A stretch of 64,000 nucleotides of DNA from Vicugna vicugna (taxonomy: Eukaryota), in the NCBI GenBank assembly GCA_013265495.1, contig MU058423.1:8851627-8915626 (forward strand), written 5' to 3'. A program made the position numbers and the translations under genes. The notes beneath the pieces are model-generated. The model saw nothing but the letters and a program-made list of their open reading frames with translations, was not told the DNA's origin and did not search any database. The number at the start of each line of letters is the position of its first letter. Within the stretch, counting starts at the first letter, position 1. Positions 1 through 14,379 of this stretch are shown one piece after another.

Positions 1-624
1 GTCACAGATTAAGAATTGACATTACCTCAAAAGCACTGATTGGATTTTTCACCTCTGAAAGAATACAATCCCTCTAACTTGTTCAGTCATTTTCAACAGA
101 TGAAAAGCTATCAGAAAACTTTTTAATCCTCTTACTTCTTTCCTAATGAACGTGTTACTTATTCATGCTTCTGCGTCATCACTGACATCACTCCCTTCAT
201 TTCTCATATCATTAGTCAGACTTCAAAGCTCTTCATCTCTCATATCATTAGTCAGTTTTCAGAGCCTGAGATTTATTTGCCTGACATGTCCCTGGTGCCC
301 ATCTCTAGCTCTTCAGTCTCACTTCTAGCCCCTCTGACAAGTCCCCATCCCCTCAGACATTAGTAGGCTCCTTTTTAGCTTCTCTGCCGCGAGACTCCTT
401 CCACCTGATTGATCTTACACATTGCTCCAGCCCAGTCTTCTTTAAATAGCATGTCTGCTGCAGGACTCTCCCGTATCAGATACTCCAAAGTCGAAATGTG
501 CTGGATGAGAGAAGTTCAGGACACACATGTTCACATTAGGGTCTGTATATCTTACTGTACATACTTACTGACTCTACACAAATGTACACTATGTACACAG
601 ATGTATTTGTCTGCACGGAACAAA

Positions 625-985
625 GCTTCTGTAACAACTACCACAAGCTTAGAAGAGCACACATTCACTTTCATTCGGTTCTGGAGGCCAGGAGTTCACC
701 ATCAGTTTAACTGAGCTGAAGTCAAGATGTTGGCATGGCGGGTTCTTTCTAGAGACTCCGAAGCGAGAACCTGTTTCCTTGCCTGTTTCAGCTGCCAGTG
801 GCTGCCCATGCTCCTTGGTGTATGGCCCCTACCTCCAGCTTCAGTCCAGTCTGTTTCCATTGTCACATCACCCCCTCCTCTGACTCCTCCTGTGCCTCTA
901 TGATTACACTGAGCTTCCAGAATAATCTCTCCACTTCAAGATCCTTCACTTGATCACATCTGCAAAATCCCCATTCATAATATAT
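625..985 (-). mobile_element. MaLR solo LTR (MLT1 family), degraded
   Basis: MLT1-like reverse-strand motifs: gtaacaactaccacaa, ctggaggccaggagttc, aagatgttggc, gataatctc...aagatcctt...atcacatctgcaaa. Confidence 0.7.
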
Positions 986-3452
986 CAAGTGAGGTTTATT
1001 CCACAGGTGCAAAGCTCACTCAGTATTAAAAAAAAAATCAATGTAATCCACCACATTAACAGGTTAAAGAAAAATCACATAATCACATCAATCAATGCAG
1101 AAAAAGCACTTGACAAAATTCAATATTTGCTCATGATAAGAACTCTCAGAAGACAGAAATAGAGAGGAATTTCCACAAACTGATAGACTTCCAATTAATA
1201 CTTAATGATGAATGCCTGGATGTTTTCCCCACCAAGGCTGAGAACAAAGGAAGGATGTCTGCTCTCCCAGTCTTAATCATCACAGTGCTGGAAGTTCTAG
1301 CCAGTGCACCAAGGGAAGAAAAGGAAGTGAAAGATATAGAGGTTGGAAAGGAAATACAATTTGTCCCTATCTGTAGATGACATGATTGTCTAGACAGAAA
1401 TTCCCAGGAATTCACACACACATATTCTTAAATTTCAGGATACAAAATAAATATAGATAGAAAATCAACTGTATCTCTACATATGAGCAACTAACACATG
1501 GACACTGAAATTTTAAATACAATATCACTTACAGTCACTCAAAATAAAACTAAATATTTGGGTGTAAATCTAACAAAATGGGACTTACATGATGAAAGCT
1601 ACACAATGCTGATGAAAGGAATCAAGGAAGGCCTAAATAAATGAAGAGACATACTGTGTTTTTGGACTAGAAGATTCAGTAACAGGAAAGCTGTCAGTTC
1701 TCCCCAAACTGATACAGAGATTTAACACATTCGTACCAAAACCACAGCATGATTTTTTTTGTAGCTATGGAAGATTATTCTAAAATTTATATGGAAAAGA
1801 AAAGGAACAGGCATTGCTAAGACAATTTTGTTAAAGACAGAAAAGTGGGAGGAATCATTCTTTTGAAGTGAAGGCTCACTATACAGGTACACAATCAAGA
1901 CAGCGTAGCACTGGAGGACGGAAAGACACCTACCTCGATGGAACAGAATAAAGAACAAAGAAATAGATCTATCCAAATATGCCATCTAATTTTTGGCAGG
2001 GATGTAAAAGCAATTCAGTGAAGAGAAAAATAACCTTTTCAACAAATGGTACCAGAGTCACTGGACATCCAGCGGCAAAAAAATGATCCTTGACTTCAGT
2101 CTCATGCCTTACACAAAAATTAACTCAAAATGAATCACAGACTTAAATGTAAATATGTAACTCTAAATAAACCTTTTAGGAAAATATATGATAAACTACG
2201 GGGATCTAGGGCTAAGCAAAGAGATTTTCAATTTGATCCTAAAAGCATGATGTAAAACAGAAAAAAAAAGCTGACAAATTGGACTTCATCAAAATTTAAG
2301 AAATCCCATTAAGAGAATGAAAGACAAGTTACAGACTGAGAGAAAATATTTGCAAACCACTTATCAGACAAAGGACTAGTATCTAGAACATATTAAAAAC
2401 TCTCAAACCTCAATAAAAAGAAAACAAGCAAGGCTAAGAACAGACAAGAGATCTGAACAGGTCCCTCACCAAAAAGTTACAGGGATGGCAAATAAGTACA
2501 TGAGAAGTTGTTCATTACTACTTACAGTTACAGCGTCAGTGCAAACTGAAACCACAATGATGGATGTATCATTACACATCTATCAGAAAGGCTAAGAAAA
2601 AAATGCTGGAAAACATGAAAAGAAACTCAGTCACTGAAACACTGCTGGCAAAAGTGTAAAACAGCACGGCCATTCTGGAAAATAGTTTGACAGTTTCTTA
2701 TAAAACTAACCATGCACCATACAGCCCAGCAATTGCACTCTTGGGCACTCATCCCAGAGAACTTCTGTTATGTTCAAACTTACGTTTGAACAAACCTGTA
2801 CAGGAACATTTATAGCAGCTTTATTCATAACAGCCCAAAACTGGAAACAGTTCAGCTGTCCTTCAACAGGTGGATGGTTAACAGCAGCACATTCATACCT
2901 GGGAATGCTACGCAGCCATAAAAAGGAACAAATTATTGATACATGCAACAACCTGGAGGGCTCTCCAGAGAACTATACTGAGTAAAAAAGGCAGAGTCCA
3001 GAAGGTTAAATGCTCTATGATTCCATAAATATAACCTTCTTGAAATGACAAAATATATAAAGAGAGAACAAAGGAGCAGCTGTTAGGAGTCAAGGAGGGG
3101 GTTTGAGCAGGAAGGGAGAGCACCTATAAAAAGGCAATCTGAGGGATTCTTACAGTGATGGAAATGTTACCTGTAACTGTACTGAACTGTATCAGTGTCA
3201 ATAACCTAATTGTTTCTTTTTTTTTTCATGGAGGTACTGGAGATTGAACCCAGGATTCTGTGCATGCTAAGCATGCACTCTACCACTGAGCTATACCCTC
3301 ACCCCAACCCCGATATCCTGATTATGATATTATACAATAGTTTTGCAAGATGTTAATATTAGGAGAGATGTTTACATTAAGAGAAAGCGGGTAAAGGGTA
3401 CACAAGAGTTCTCTCTGTCATTTCTTACAACTGCATGTTAACCTACAATTAA
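986..3452 (+). mobile_element. Old LINE-1 (L1M/L1MC-like): decayed ORF2 RT/C-terminal region plus 3' UTR
   Basis: ORF2-like peptides [29 protein letters not shown] and FIAALFITAQNWKQ with many stops and frameshifts; 3' end ttcttacaactgcatgt. Confidence 0.9.
3213..3305 (-). mobile_element. tRNA-derived SINE resembling the camelid Vic-1 type, nested in L1
   Basis: Reverse strand gagggtatagctcagtggtagagtgcatgcttagcatgcacagaatcctgggttcaatctccagtacctcc followed by an A-rich tail; pol III A and B boxes present. Confidence 0.8.
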
Positions 3453-3459
3453 GCTATTC

Positions 3460-4490
3460 CTGATGAATTATTGATCTAAATTCAATAGGAAAATCAATGG
3501 AGCTTCTGAAAGATAACATAAAGGAATATATTCATACATTGGGGTTGCCAAAGATGTCTTAAATAGAATACAAAATGGATTACCTATTTAGGAAAAGATT
3601 AACAAAATGGGACTGCACTGAAATCAAGAAATTTTGTTCATCAAAAAGCACTACTGAGAGAGTGAAAAAGCAAACCACATGAGTAGGGGGCTATATGCAC
3701 ATTACAGAGAATGGACACTGTACTTGCATCCAGAATATTTAGACTCCCATAAATCAACAAGAAAAGATGGTCTGATAAAAAGATGGGGAAGAGACGTGAA
3801 AAGACGTTTCATATAAGAGAATAAATGAATGGCCAATAACTACATGAAAAGATGGTCAGCTTCATTAGTCATCAGGAAAAAGCAAACTAAAACTACTAAG
3901 CAAATTACCACTGCAAACAAAATACAGTGGCTTGAATTTAAAAGACTGACCCTACCAAGTATTAGTAAGTATATGAGGAAACTGGAACTCCCACCCATGC
4001 TGATAGGAAGGTACACGGACATACCTACTTTGCAAAACTCTTCAGTAGCACCTGTTATAGCTGAAGGTTCCACTCACAGGTATACATCCAACAGACAGGT
4101 GTACCAAAAGATATGAAACAGCCAAGAACTGGAAACAACCTAAATATCCACCACCAGAAAAGCTAAAATGTCATATATTCAAAACAACTTAAACAGCAAT
4201 GAAAATGAACACACTATTGATACACATAATAAAAAAAGATAATGTTGAGAGAAAGAAGTCAGACACACATAGTGTTTGGTTCCATTTATGTGAGGTTCAA
4301 GATTGGGCAAAACTCAGCAACGGATTTAGAAGTAAGAACCGTGGTTACTTGGGCAGAAGGACTGGGTGGCGAACGGTAGGACACAAGGGGTACTTGCCGC
4401 TCATTTGTCGGTAAATGTTTTATTTCCCGATCTGGAGGGTGGTTACATGAGTTCGCTCACTTCATGAAAATTTACTTAGCCTACCTCTCA
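3460..4490 (+). mobile_element. Second, older LINE-1 3' fragment (L1ME-like)
   Basis: MANNYMKRWSASLVIR peptide and gccaagaactggaaacaacctaaatatcca motif typical of the end of L1 ORF2. Confidence 0.75.
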
Positions 4491-6731
4491 AGCCACCCAC
4501 TCCCAGCTCGTTATTTTCCCCCCACACTAGCTTTCTTTCTAGGCTTCAGAAACGGTACCCTTGTCCTCATCTCAGGACCTCTGTGTGCCGGCTGCCGGGA
4601 ACACAATTCAGACTTCACTCACCCTCAGTGTCCCAGCCGCCTCTCCTTAAACTATGTCCTCTGCCAGGAGGCACATCAAGTCAGGCTTGAAAAAGAAAGG
4701 CAGGAGAGGAGAGAACAAAAAAAAGTGTACATGATCAAGTAAAGAGAAGTCGACCTCTGGGCCACTTAGAGGCACAAAGCAGATTAAGCCACAGACCTAT
4801 ACCTGGACGGAGGCAACCCAAAAGCCTGGGAAAGCCCATGCGGGTATTTTCCACACTGGCTCCACAGGAAGTACTGCAAAACATGGAAGGTACAAGCCTC
4901 AGACAGAGAACCTGTCTTCAGGAAGGTTCTGACCTAAGCATTCGTAATAACTGACTTTACTATTTCAGTTGGACACGGAAGTCATCCCTGCACCTCAGTT
5001 TCACAGATGAATACTCCCACCTAAGTAAAGATCCTAAATTTTATGGCTTAAGTATAAATGAAACACTCTTCTTCATCTTAGAGTGCCTTTGCCTCGTAAC
5101 CCTAACTCCTGCTGTTATTATTTTGAGACCCGGCAGAGAGAGGAGGCAGAGGAGGGAGGAGGGAGGAGGAGCTGCAGACATGAAGCGGGAGGCTGGTGGC
5201 ATTTCTCCGATGCCCTGAGAAATCTCGGTGAACCTGACCAGGGCAGTTCTCAGCTACATCTCCTCACCTTGTGAACCTCACGGAGCAAAGAGCCGGGGGC
5301 AAGGTGAGTATTCAGTAGGTACCTAATGAATGAACATTCTTCCAAGTGATTTTAAGAGATGGCTTAAAGATCCAAGCTTAGGAATGTTTCTTACTTTCTA
5401 ACCCGAAGGCCATTTATTCAACTTACGTACGTGATTAGTACAATAAGCACCTGGCAGAAACACAGCACAAAGCTCCATGAGTCAAGTCTGAATGCAAAAT
5501 GCAGAACTGTGGGAACCACTGGCAGAGAATGGGACACAGAAGGAAGCTCCAAGACAGCACAGTAATTTCACTTGTATCTCACAGGCCAAAAACCTAGGAA
5601 CTTACTATGTTCTTAATGATCCTGATCTTGGGTATTTTTTTCTCGTGTGTTCATTACACTTCCGCCTCATTCTTCTGAAGTATAACTGCTCATGTTCCAG
5701 CCTTTGTTTCCCCCCCACCCCAGTTACTCCTTCTGGGGTTGGCACCTAAAGGAACTCCTGAGCAAGCTCACATCCTTTTAACCATTTCAGATGCTCACAG
5801 CTTTAGCTTACAGCCTCTTTCTATGAAATTCATGATCGTTTGTTTCTCACCTACGTGAAATAATTTAAATGGGAAAGGAATTAATTATCTGGAAAAGAAT
5901 GCCATTCAAAATAGAGCCAGAAGAAAAAGAAAAGTGAAAAGAATAAAAGGGGGGAAAAAATCCCAGATATAAAAAGAAAAAATTGAAATTTCAGTATATC
6001 ACCAACTGATCGCAATTTAGAGCCAGACCTAAATCAGCTAGTGCTAATTTCATCTCATCATTTCATTAATGGGTAAATGGAGGGTAATTTCCGAAATTTT
6101 AAGGGGTTGTGCCCTTACAGGTTAAGTCTCTCCGCCTTGTGGACCGGGGTTTGACAAACAGTTAATGAATGAGTATGTGAATAAATAAAAGGAACTTACA
6201 CGGGTTCCTCTAAACAGCGGTCATAACGCTAGTTAGGGGCACAGCCAGGGCTAACACCCAGCTCTCTTTACTGCCTCCTTGGTAGCTCGTAAGTTGCAGC
6301 TACACGAGCAGCACAGTGAGTTGTCGGGGGAGCAGCAACGTCGCTGAAGTCACTGACTGACCTTAGCTGTGTGCTTTTTCTCATCTTGCTTTTAGACATG
6401 CAAACAAAAGGGAAAAATGAAAAGTGCCAAGTGGGATGACATAAGAAAATTATACTGTAGCCAGATCAAACATAGAAAATGACAGAAAAAAGGTAGGCAG
6501 AGATGGCTCTGTGATTTTCTGCTCACTCTCACCCGATCTAAGAGATATAAAAGGTTCCAAGTTAGAACGCATTAGCTGTCAGATCAACAACGTGCCGTCA
6601 CAGGCACAGACGTCTCTAACAACGCAGCCCTTTCAGAACCACGGGCCTGACACAGTCCGCAGCCGGGGAACAAGAGGCAGAGACGATCAGGCACACGGCG
6701 GCGGCACGAGGAACTGGAGATGGTCGACTTA

Positions 6732-6986
<255 letters not shown>

Positions 6987-9900
6987 TTAAACTCTGACAA
7001 AAATGTAATGCGTTTTACATGATTGGGGTGGGGGGGGGTTAGAAGATAATTCTAACTCAAAAATTTGAATTTTTAAAAAAATAGATCACATGGTTAAAAT
7101 AAACATGTAAAAAAATATAAAAATCAGAGCAAGGGTTTCAAAAAGTTATGAAGTGTTCAATCCCAGAGGCCTTTGGGAATGACTGTCATGGTGAATACTG
7201 TGAAGGCCATGCTGGTTGCAGGACAAGCACTTGCAAAATGTCGCCTGTCAGGTGTCTCCCTGCTCCTGCTCCTCAGCCCCAGCCCAGCTTGAGCTGAACC
7301 TGCAGGTTACAGTTTGTACTTGTGACCCCTGGGTCACCAGTGTAACTGATTGTATTATCATGGCCATTTTTTAAGCCTATTTAAATGGTGAAGGTTTTTT
7401 TTTTAACTTATTTTAGAAAAAGGAATTATAGAATCAGAATTAGAAGACACCGTAAGCATCACCAGGCCCCATCAGCTGCCTAACTCACAGCTGCTTCGAT
7501 GCTGTGTCCGTCAGGTGGCCGCCCTAATCTCTGTGTAACTCCTTCAGAGACCAGGGTTTCAGTTTCCTCAGCCAATAGGTGTTGCTAGAGCAGCCACTAC
7601 CGGATGATAGCCACTTGCTATCATCCCAGAGTTCTTTCCACTCTTGGCTCATCCATTTAGTCACTCATTCTACAAATACCAAGACCGGCTGATTACAAGG
7701 TGCTGTGATGGACACTGGGGCCAGAAGCATGATCAAGCGGGATGTCTGTCCCCATGAGATTTATAGTACTAAGCCACTAATGCTTAGTTATATGCATTTT
7801 CTAAATCTTTCCATATCTGGCTTTTTGGAACTAAATTCAGTGCTATAAGCTTTCATTTGTTAAGTACCACCCATGAGCAGAGCACTATGCTGAATTATTT
7901 TCCCACTGCTTAATCTCATCCTATCATATACAGTGTTTCTTATGGGAAGACAAAGTGGCTCTGTCCTTGTTTTTAAACATTAGATTCAAATGTTTATTCA
8001 CTGCCTACCAGATCCCCAGGACAGGGCTCAGCTCATAGGATAATGATATAAACAAATGGAGGATACAATTTTTGACCACAGTGAGTTACCAGAGTAGTTG
8101 TGGGCACAAGAATATTAACCAAGAAGCAAAGAAATTAGGGGATCTCAGAGAAAGGAGGAGGGGGCCGTGTGAGCAGCTGATGTCTTCAAAGAATGTGTCA
8201 GTGATGACAAGGACTCCAGCAGACTCTAAGGAACAGGAAGGTCACAGAGCATTTTCCTCAATGAGTGGAAGCTGGGCTGGTCTGGAGAATGCATACAATG
8301 TGTGTTGAGTGGGAAACAAGGTTGGAGGGGTGTGGAGGGGCCGACCAAGAGCACCTCCGAGTCCAGTGGAGGAGCCGGTACTTAGGGCAAGCAGGCTATC
8401 AGCTGTGGGCTGAAGACACCGCAGATTGCTGAGTTCTTCTGGAGTCCCCAGATCCAGATGCACAGTGCTCTGCGCACTGAGCAGGTCACATCTGCCTGTA
8501 TATGTTATTACTCCTCCACCATGTGGAGATGCTGCTCTGATTAACACAATTCAACTCATTTAAAAAGTAATATGAAATCCATGACACTTTCAACAACTAA
8601 TAAACATACAACTCTTATCATGTAAAAATATGATTTTTCCTTTAGCCAATGGAAAGAGCAAAAAAAAAAAAAAGCTCCCATCGATTTGGATTTGGGGACA
8701 AAAAAATGGGTGTGGCAGCAGCACAGCTCCAGGTTGGCAAAGACAGAGACAGGGACCAGACAGAGATGCTGGAAGGCTGGGGCAGGAGAGCCAGGGTGGC
8801 TGGACGGGACATGGACTTGGGTGGACAGAGGTAACAGAGGGGAAGAGCCGAACTGGAAAAACGTGTTGACTGGGTCCCAGGGAAGGTTAGCGATGACTGA
8901 TACTTCTGGCCTGGAAAACTGGTACAATGTCAGTTTCATCCATGAAAACATTTCGTTAGAAAAGGAAACAGGAGAAAGTTGATGGCTGGTTTTGTTTTTT
9001 TTTTTTTTTGATGTGTTTGACACTTCCCCCTAGCCTCTGCAAAAAGAGGAGTCCTTTTATCAGCTTCTCCTAGTGAAACATTAAAGACAGTCTTCTCTAG
9101 TCGCCTCGGGACTGGGAAATACACAGTTTCTCAGCAAATCTAAAATACCATCTTGTCATCTAATGGTGTAAAACACGCCATTGGCTTTTTTCCCCTCTCG
9201 TATGTATTTTATTCACACCCTTTCTTCCTGCTCCCATCGCATTGGGAAAACTGTTTTCTGTGCTTTTCTGCTTGGCTGAGATGATAACTTGTGCTTTTTA
9301 AGATAATTTTTCCACATACTAGTGTTTAAATTCCATGAAGTAAGAAAAAATCAAACTATGATATGCTATCAATTTTCGGAGCTACCCTAGTTTAATAAAT
9401 GTGAATATGTGAAAAAAAAAAAGTATGTCTCTAAATCAGTGCTTCTCAGCCTTTCTTCACTACTGCCCCCTCACCCCTCCCCAAACAACAGCCTCTCCAG
9501 GCTTTTTTTTTCCTAATTGTCCCCCATGATTTTGCCGCCAGAGGTAGACTGCATATCTCTTTATGTACTATGTGTAAATCTGCACTTTATACAGATAAAG
9601 AAAACTGTGTTTAACACCCAAAAATAGTTTTGCCCCCTTGGGGGCATTATTACCTGGAGGTTGAGAATACATATCAAAAATGTGGAAGAAATTACAATCA
9701 AGCTCATGTTTATAGAGGCCTGGCATTTCCCTTCCATTAACCCTTCCTTTTTCAAAATTATACTTAGACACTGTTTTCTTAGATGAGCGGGTGTATGTGT
9801 GCATGTGTGTGAGTGACCTGTTTTCATCTGAAGTACATTTTGCCCCAGATCAAGCATCCACATTCTTCAGAGAAGAATGAAGCTTAATCATGGTCTCAGT

Positions 9901-11270
9901 AGGACTTTCTTCCTATACTAGAAGAATCTACTTCATGTTTCTGCCCAGAGCAGATACTTTCTTCCCACAGAGTTGTCAATGCCCCAGACATCTGACAAGA
10001 CTGCAGATAATCATGTTGATAAAAACACAGCTGGACAGCCTGGGGCAGGAAGCCCAGATGGCTGACAGGGTACCCCCCTCAAACCACCGATTGGAGTCTC
10101 CGTCTGGTGAGAACACCTCTTTCTCCACCCAGACACCACCGCCTCTCCGGCTCCCCTCCCCTCCTGCAAGAGGCTGCCCGCTCCCTCGTCCCCTCGGTTA
10201 GGCACCTCATCACTCACACACACCAAAAAAATAAGGTGGTGCGGAAATTTTTCAAATTTCTCTGAAACTAAAGTTGCTTCCCCCTTTTTAAAAGTCTATA
10301 ATTTATATCTATAAAAAGAGCCTACTTAGCACTCAATACTTAGGCGCTCTTATCACAATTCAACAGAATAAGAACATTTCACTAAGTTTCTATAAAAACT
10401 TCAACAAATTTTTTGAAGTGTTCATAATTAAAGGGCTCCCTGGCATAGCGAGAGAAGACGCTGAAAAGTCTTCTATTTATACCGGGTGGAACACTGATGG
10501 CCTTCCAGTTTCAGGCATTTTCTGAAATGCCTACAGAACATCAAAAATCACATCCTGGAACATCATAATGTTGCTGGTTTTTCAATGATTATTTGTGCCA
10601 GAAAGTTTCACACATCATAGCCATTCCTTTTATCAAGCAGAAGGCAAACTGCAGATACTGAATCGTTGTAAGATTTCACACATTCCCAGCAAATTAGTTT
10701 CTGGTTTGTCTCTATTTTTAGTACTTTATGTTGAGGCGTGAAATAGTCGCTCTTCTCAGCACCACCAAAGGTCATTTGACACCGTGATAAGATCCTCTCT
10801 TCCCCCTCCTGCAGTTCAATTAAAATGCTCAGTGCTGCTTTAATTCCCAGAAAATTAAGCTCACCTAATTAGGGCAGATGTTAAAATAATTAACATGCCA
10901 ATAGTAGCTAAGTATGCTATTAAAAGCAATACAGCTGTAATTAAATCGAAGGTGTAATCCTTATAAAACAATCCTACATGTGTGTACAAGTGGAGGCAAG
11001 TGGAATAAAACTCTCAAATAAATGCCACCACATGTGAATGTGACCTTCCTATGTAAAAACTGACCTCAGTGCTAAAGATCCTGATTAAAATATAAAAATC
11101 TCTACAATATAAAATATACATATTCCTTAACACTTCTTACAAGGTCACCATTCACAGGCCAAGGACGTAACAAAGAGGATGTCTGTAACAAGAATGCTTA
11201 ACACCAGAGAGTTTTATTTTTCCAATGTTTGTTAGGTGAGGAGTGCTATCAAGAGAGAGCTTGAGTTTTA

Positions 11271-11655
11271 AGTGAAATAAGTCAGACAGAGAAAGACAAA
11301 TATATCAGTTATATGTGGAATCTAAAAAGTACAACAAACTAGTAAACATAACAAAAAAAGAAACAGACTCGTAGATATAGTGAGCAAATTAGGGGTTACC
11401 AGCAGGGAGAGGGAAGAGAGGAGGGGAAAATAGCGGGAGGGGATTAAGAGGCACAAACTATGAAGTATAAAATAAGCTACAAGGATATATTATACAACCC
11501 GAGGAATATAGCCAATATTTTATAATAATTATAAATGGAGCATAACCTTTAAAAGTTGTGAATGACTATATTGTACACTTATAGCTTCTATATTATTGTA
11601 TATCAACTATACCTCAATAAAAAACTTAAAAATTAAAAACTTAGGAAGAAAAAAG
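11271..11655 (+). mobile_element. 5'-truncated LINE-1 3' UTR with imperfect target-site duplication
   Basis: agtgaaataagtcagacagagaaagacaaata...atatgtggaatctaaaa...ctcaataaaaa; flanks aagagagagcttgagttttaa / aagagagagatcctgagttttaa. Confidence 0.85.
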
Positions 11656-11916
11656 AGAGAGATCCTGAGTTTTAATGAAAACTTTGCATTTCTTCTCCCT
11701 TAAATTTGTCAATCCAAGACATGACACACAGAGAAATCATGTGAGTTGGTAAGCGTTAAACTAATTGACTAGGAAATAAGGCCAAATTAATCCCAGGAAA
11801 AAATATTGATTTTTATGACACAAAAATAAACTTTAAAAAGACCACATATCTCCTGTTAAACGTTAGTTGCTGCCATATTCCCATTAGCTCTCAAATTCCA
11901 GGGATAACTTGAAATA

Positions 11917-12043
11917 CGGTCCTCTCTTGGTATCCGCGAGGGATTGGTTCCCGGACCCCGCGGATAACAAAATCCGCAGATGCTGGAGTCTCCGGCAGCC
12001 GAATTGGTGGAAGGGGGATCCCACGGATACAGAGGGCCGACCG
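11917..12043. mobile_element. Internally deleted MER2-like (Tigger/TcMar) MITE
   Basis: TA then cggtcctctcttggtatccgcgagggattggttcccggacccc...cccacggatacagagggccgaccg; imperfect terminal inverted repeats match MER2 ends as I recall them. Confidence 0.75.
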
Positions 12044-12450
12044 CATGTGAAATGCAGGCTTTTCCTTCGGCCTGGGCAATCTTTAGCAAAATGGGATGGA
12101 GAGGCGAAGTCAGGCTGGATCACATCAGGGGCAGGCCAGCTCACCGCCCCCCCCCCCCGACTATGACCTGGCAGAAAGCAAAGCAGGCGTCTACAAGGAG
12201 TGAGCAAAAAGACACCTGCCCAACAGATGCACCCCCCCCCTCCGCCGGAGAAAGGAGGTCCGGCAAGGCAGGGCCCCAGCCAGCCGAGAAACCGGAGGAG
12301 CGGGAGGGGCCTTCGTCACCGAGGACGGAGCCTGGCAGACGGAGCCCTCAGCGAAGCCGGGGGCCACGTGCAGCTCGTTTCCCTCGCCGGGGCTCCGGCA
12401 AAATGCAGCTTCTCGTTGCTGCTCACGTGCTCGGCAAAGTACCTCCACCT
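11917..12450. promoter_or_regulatory. Intronic CpG/GC-rich patch (candidate CpG island)
   Basis: Visibly dense in CG dinucleotides and C runs compared with AT-rich flanks; observed/expected CpG not computed. Confidence 0.5.
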
Positions 12451-12959
12451 ACTCAATTCTTAAACATAGGAACAAGGGCCTACAAAATGGTATTTTAATT
12501 TCTGTCAGAACCAAAGCCATGCTCATCTGAGTAAGTCAGTTACAGCAGCACCAGGCACAGGAAAAGAACGGCACAATCCCCAACACCTACTAGACAATTA
12601 GCATAAAACGAGACAAACCGGTTCTCAGACTCGGAAACCGGAGAACAGCACCACCCAGCGGCAGAATGAAGAGCTGCATGTGCTCCGCGGCCAAAAGTGG
12701 TTCCTCCTCACGGAAATCAAAGACCCCAGTAAAATACCTGAACCGTGCTGAAAATCTAGACTGTGAGCCTCCTCAGAGTCTAATAAGCAGGCTTAGACCA
12801 AATGTTATTTCATATTTTCTGAGCAGCTGACACAAGGCTGCGAGGTAAAATGCAGAGTGTATGTTCAGTGCAACGTTTGAGACACACTAAAAAAGATAAA
12901 CGAGGTCGAAGTGCTCGAAGTCGGCGTCTGCGAACAGGAAATCTTTAGATAAGTAGTTC

Positions 12960-13020
12960 AACTAAAATTCAGATTTAACTGGGTGTCCTGTATTCTTATT
13001 TGCTAAATCTGGCAACCCTA
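12960..13020. mobile_element. MER53-like hAT MITE fragment (one arm)
   Basis: aaattcagatttaactgggtgtcctgtatt...tttgctaaatctggcaacccta. Confidence 0.65.
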
Positions 13021-13442
13021 CATCTCCTATAATCTGAACAACCTTTGCCGCAGAGTACTCGCCCCTAGAGACCAGGGATGTATTCACATAACCAAGTCTT
13101 TCAGTCATTCAAAGAGGCAGTAACACATCCGTGGCAAGGATGCTGGCGATGACCCCGGTATGCTGCCGTCCCCAGGCAATGGGCTGGGGAGACACTCTGT
13201 TCCGTGATGCAAAAGACCAAGAGGGGAGGGAAGGGGTGGAGGGAGGGTGCAGCCGGGCTCCAGATAGCTGGGTCAAATAATGGGAGCGTTAATATCAGAT
13301 GGGTGAAGGAGGATGGGGGAAAGGTGGGCAATTTTGCAAGAGAAGGAGAAAGGGGAACTAACAACCCTTGTTTGTGTTCTCGTTTTCTGAAACCAAACAT
13401 GACTTTTTTTTTTCCCCTAAGATACTAAGTGGCTTTGTTTCA

Positions 13443-13880
<438 letters not shown>

Positions 13881-14379
13881 AGCCTAAAGTCTAAATAACG
13901 AGCACACACCACAGGAAGGGAAAAAATCTAAGTACTGGAAATGGCTCGTGAATGTTCAAAACCTCAACCTCTAGGACTCACACCCTGGGAACACACTCCT
14001 CCCAAGCCAAACCAAGGCCGCCCTGGGGCGCTCGAATGTGCAAAAAGCCTGGAAGACTCTCTGTGCTTTTTACTCCACGTGACAAATACTTTTGACTTAC
14101 AGTTAAAGGCTTTTTTGCCAGATGGATCGTTTTAATCTCAGTGCAATCTCCCACAAAAAGAGATGGATTATTAAGCACCTACCATGTACAAGTCACAGTG
14201 GCATACAATTTCCTGTAATTCTCTAAACAACCTATCAAGATAAAAATAGTAAACCCCATATAACAGGTTAGGAAACCAAGAGGTTGAGTAATCCTTTTTT
14301 GAGGACATTTTCTTTTTTTGAGGAGAACAAGTAGTCAGCCCCGACCTCTCTTCTGCTATGAGAGGGTCCGGCATCAACA

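Noticed and set aside
3225..3305. tRNA-like sequence with A and B boxes
   Set aside because: It has an A-rich tail, no proper acceptor stem and a second diverged copy in the window, so it is a SINE and not a tRNA gene.
950..4490. Reverse-transcriptase-like peptides suggesting an active retroelement or novel RT system
   Set aside because: Short frameshifted, stop-riddled fragments of ordinary dead LINE-1 ORF2.
7602..7626. Perfect 10-bp hairpin ggatgatagc-cactt-gctatcatcc
   Set aside because: Roughly one stem of this length is expected by chance in 64 kb.
11980..12498. 172-aa plus-strand ORF and overlapping ORFs in the CpG patch
   Set aside because: Low-complexity P/R/G/A-rich, non-ATG start inside a MITE, and several frames open at once, as expected from high GC.
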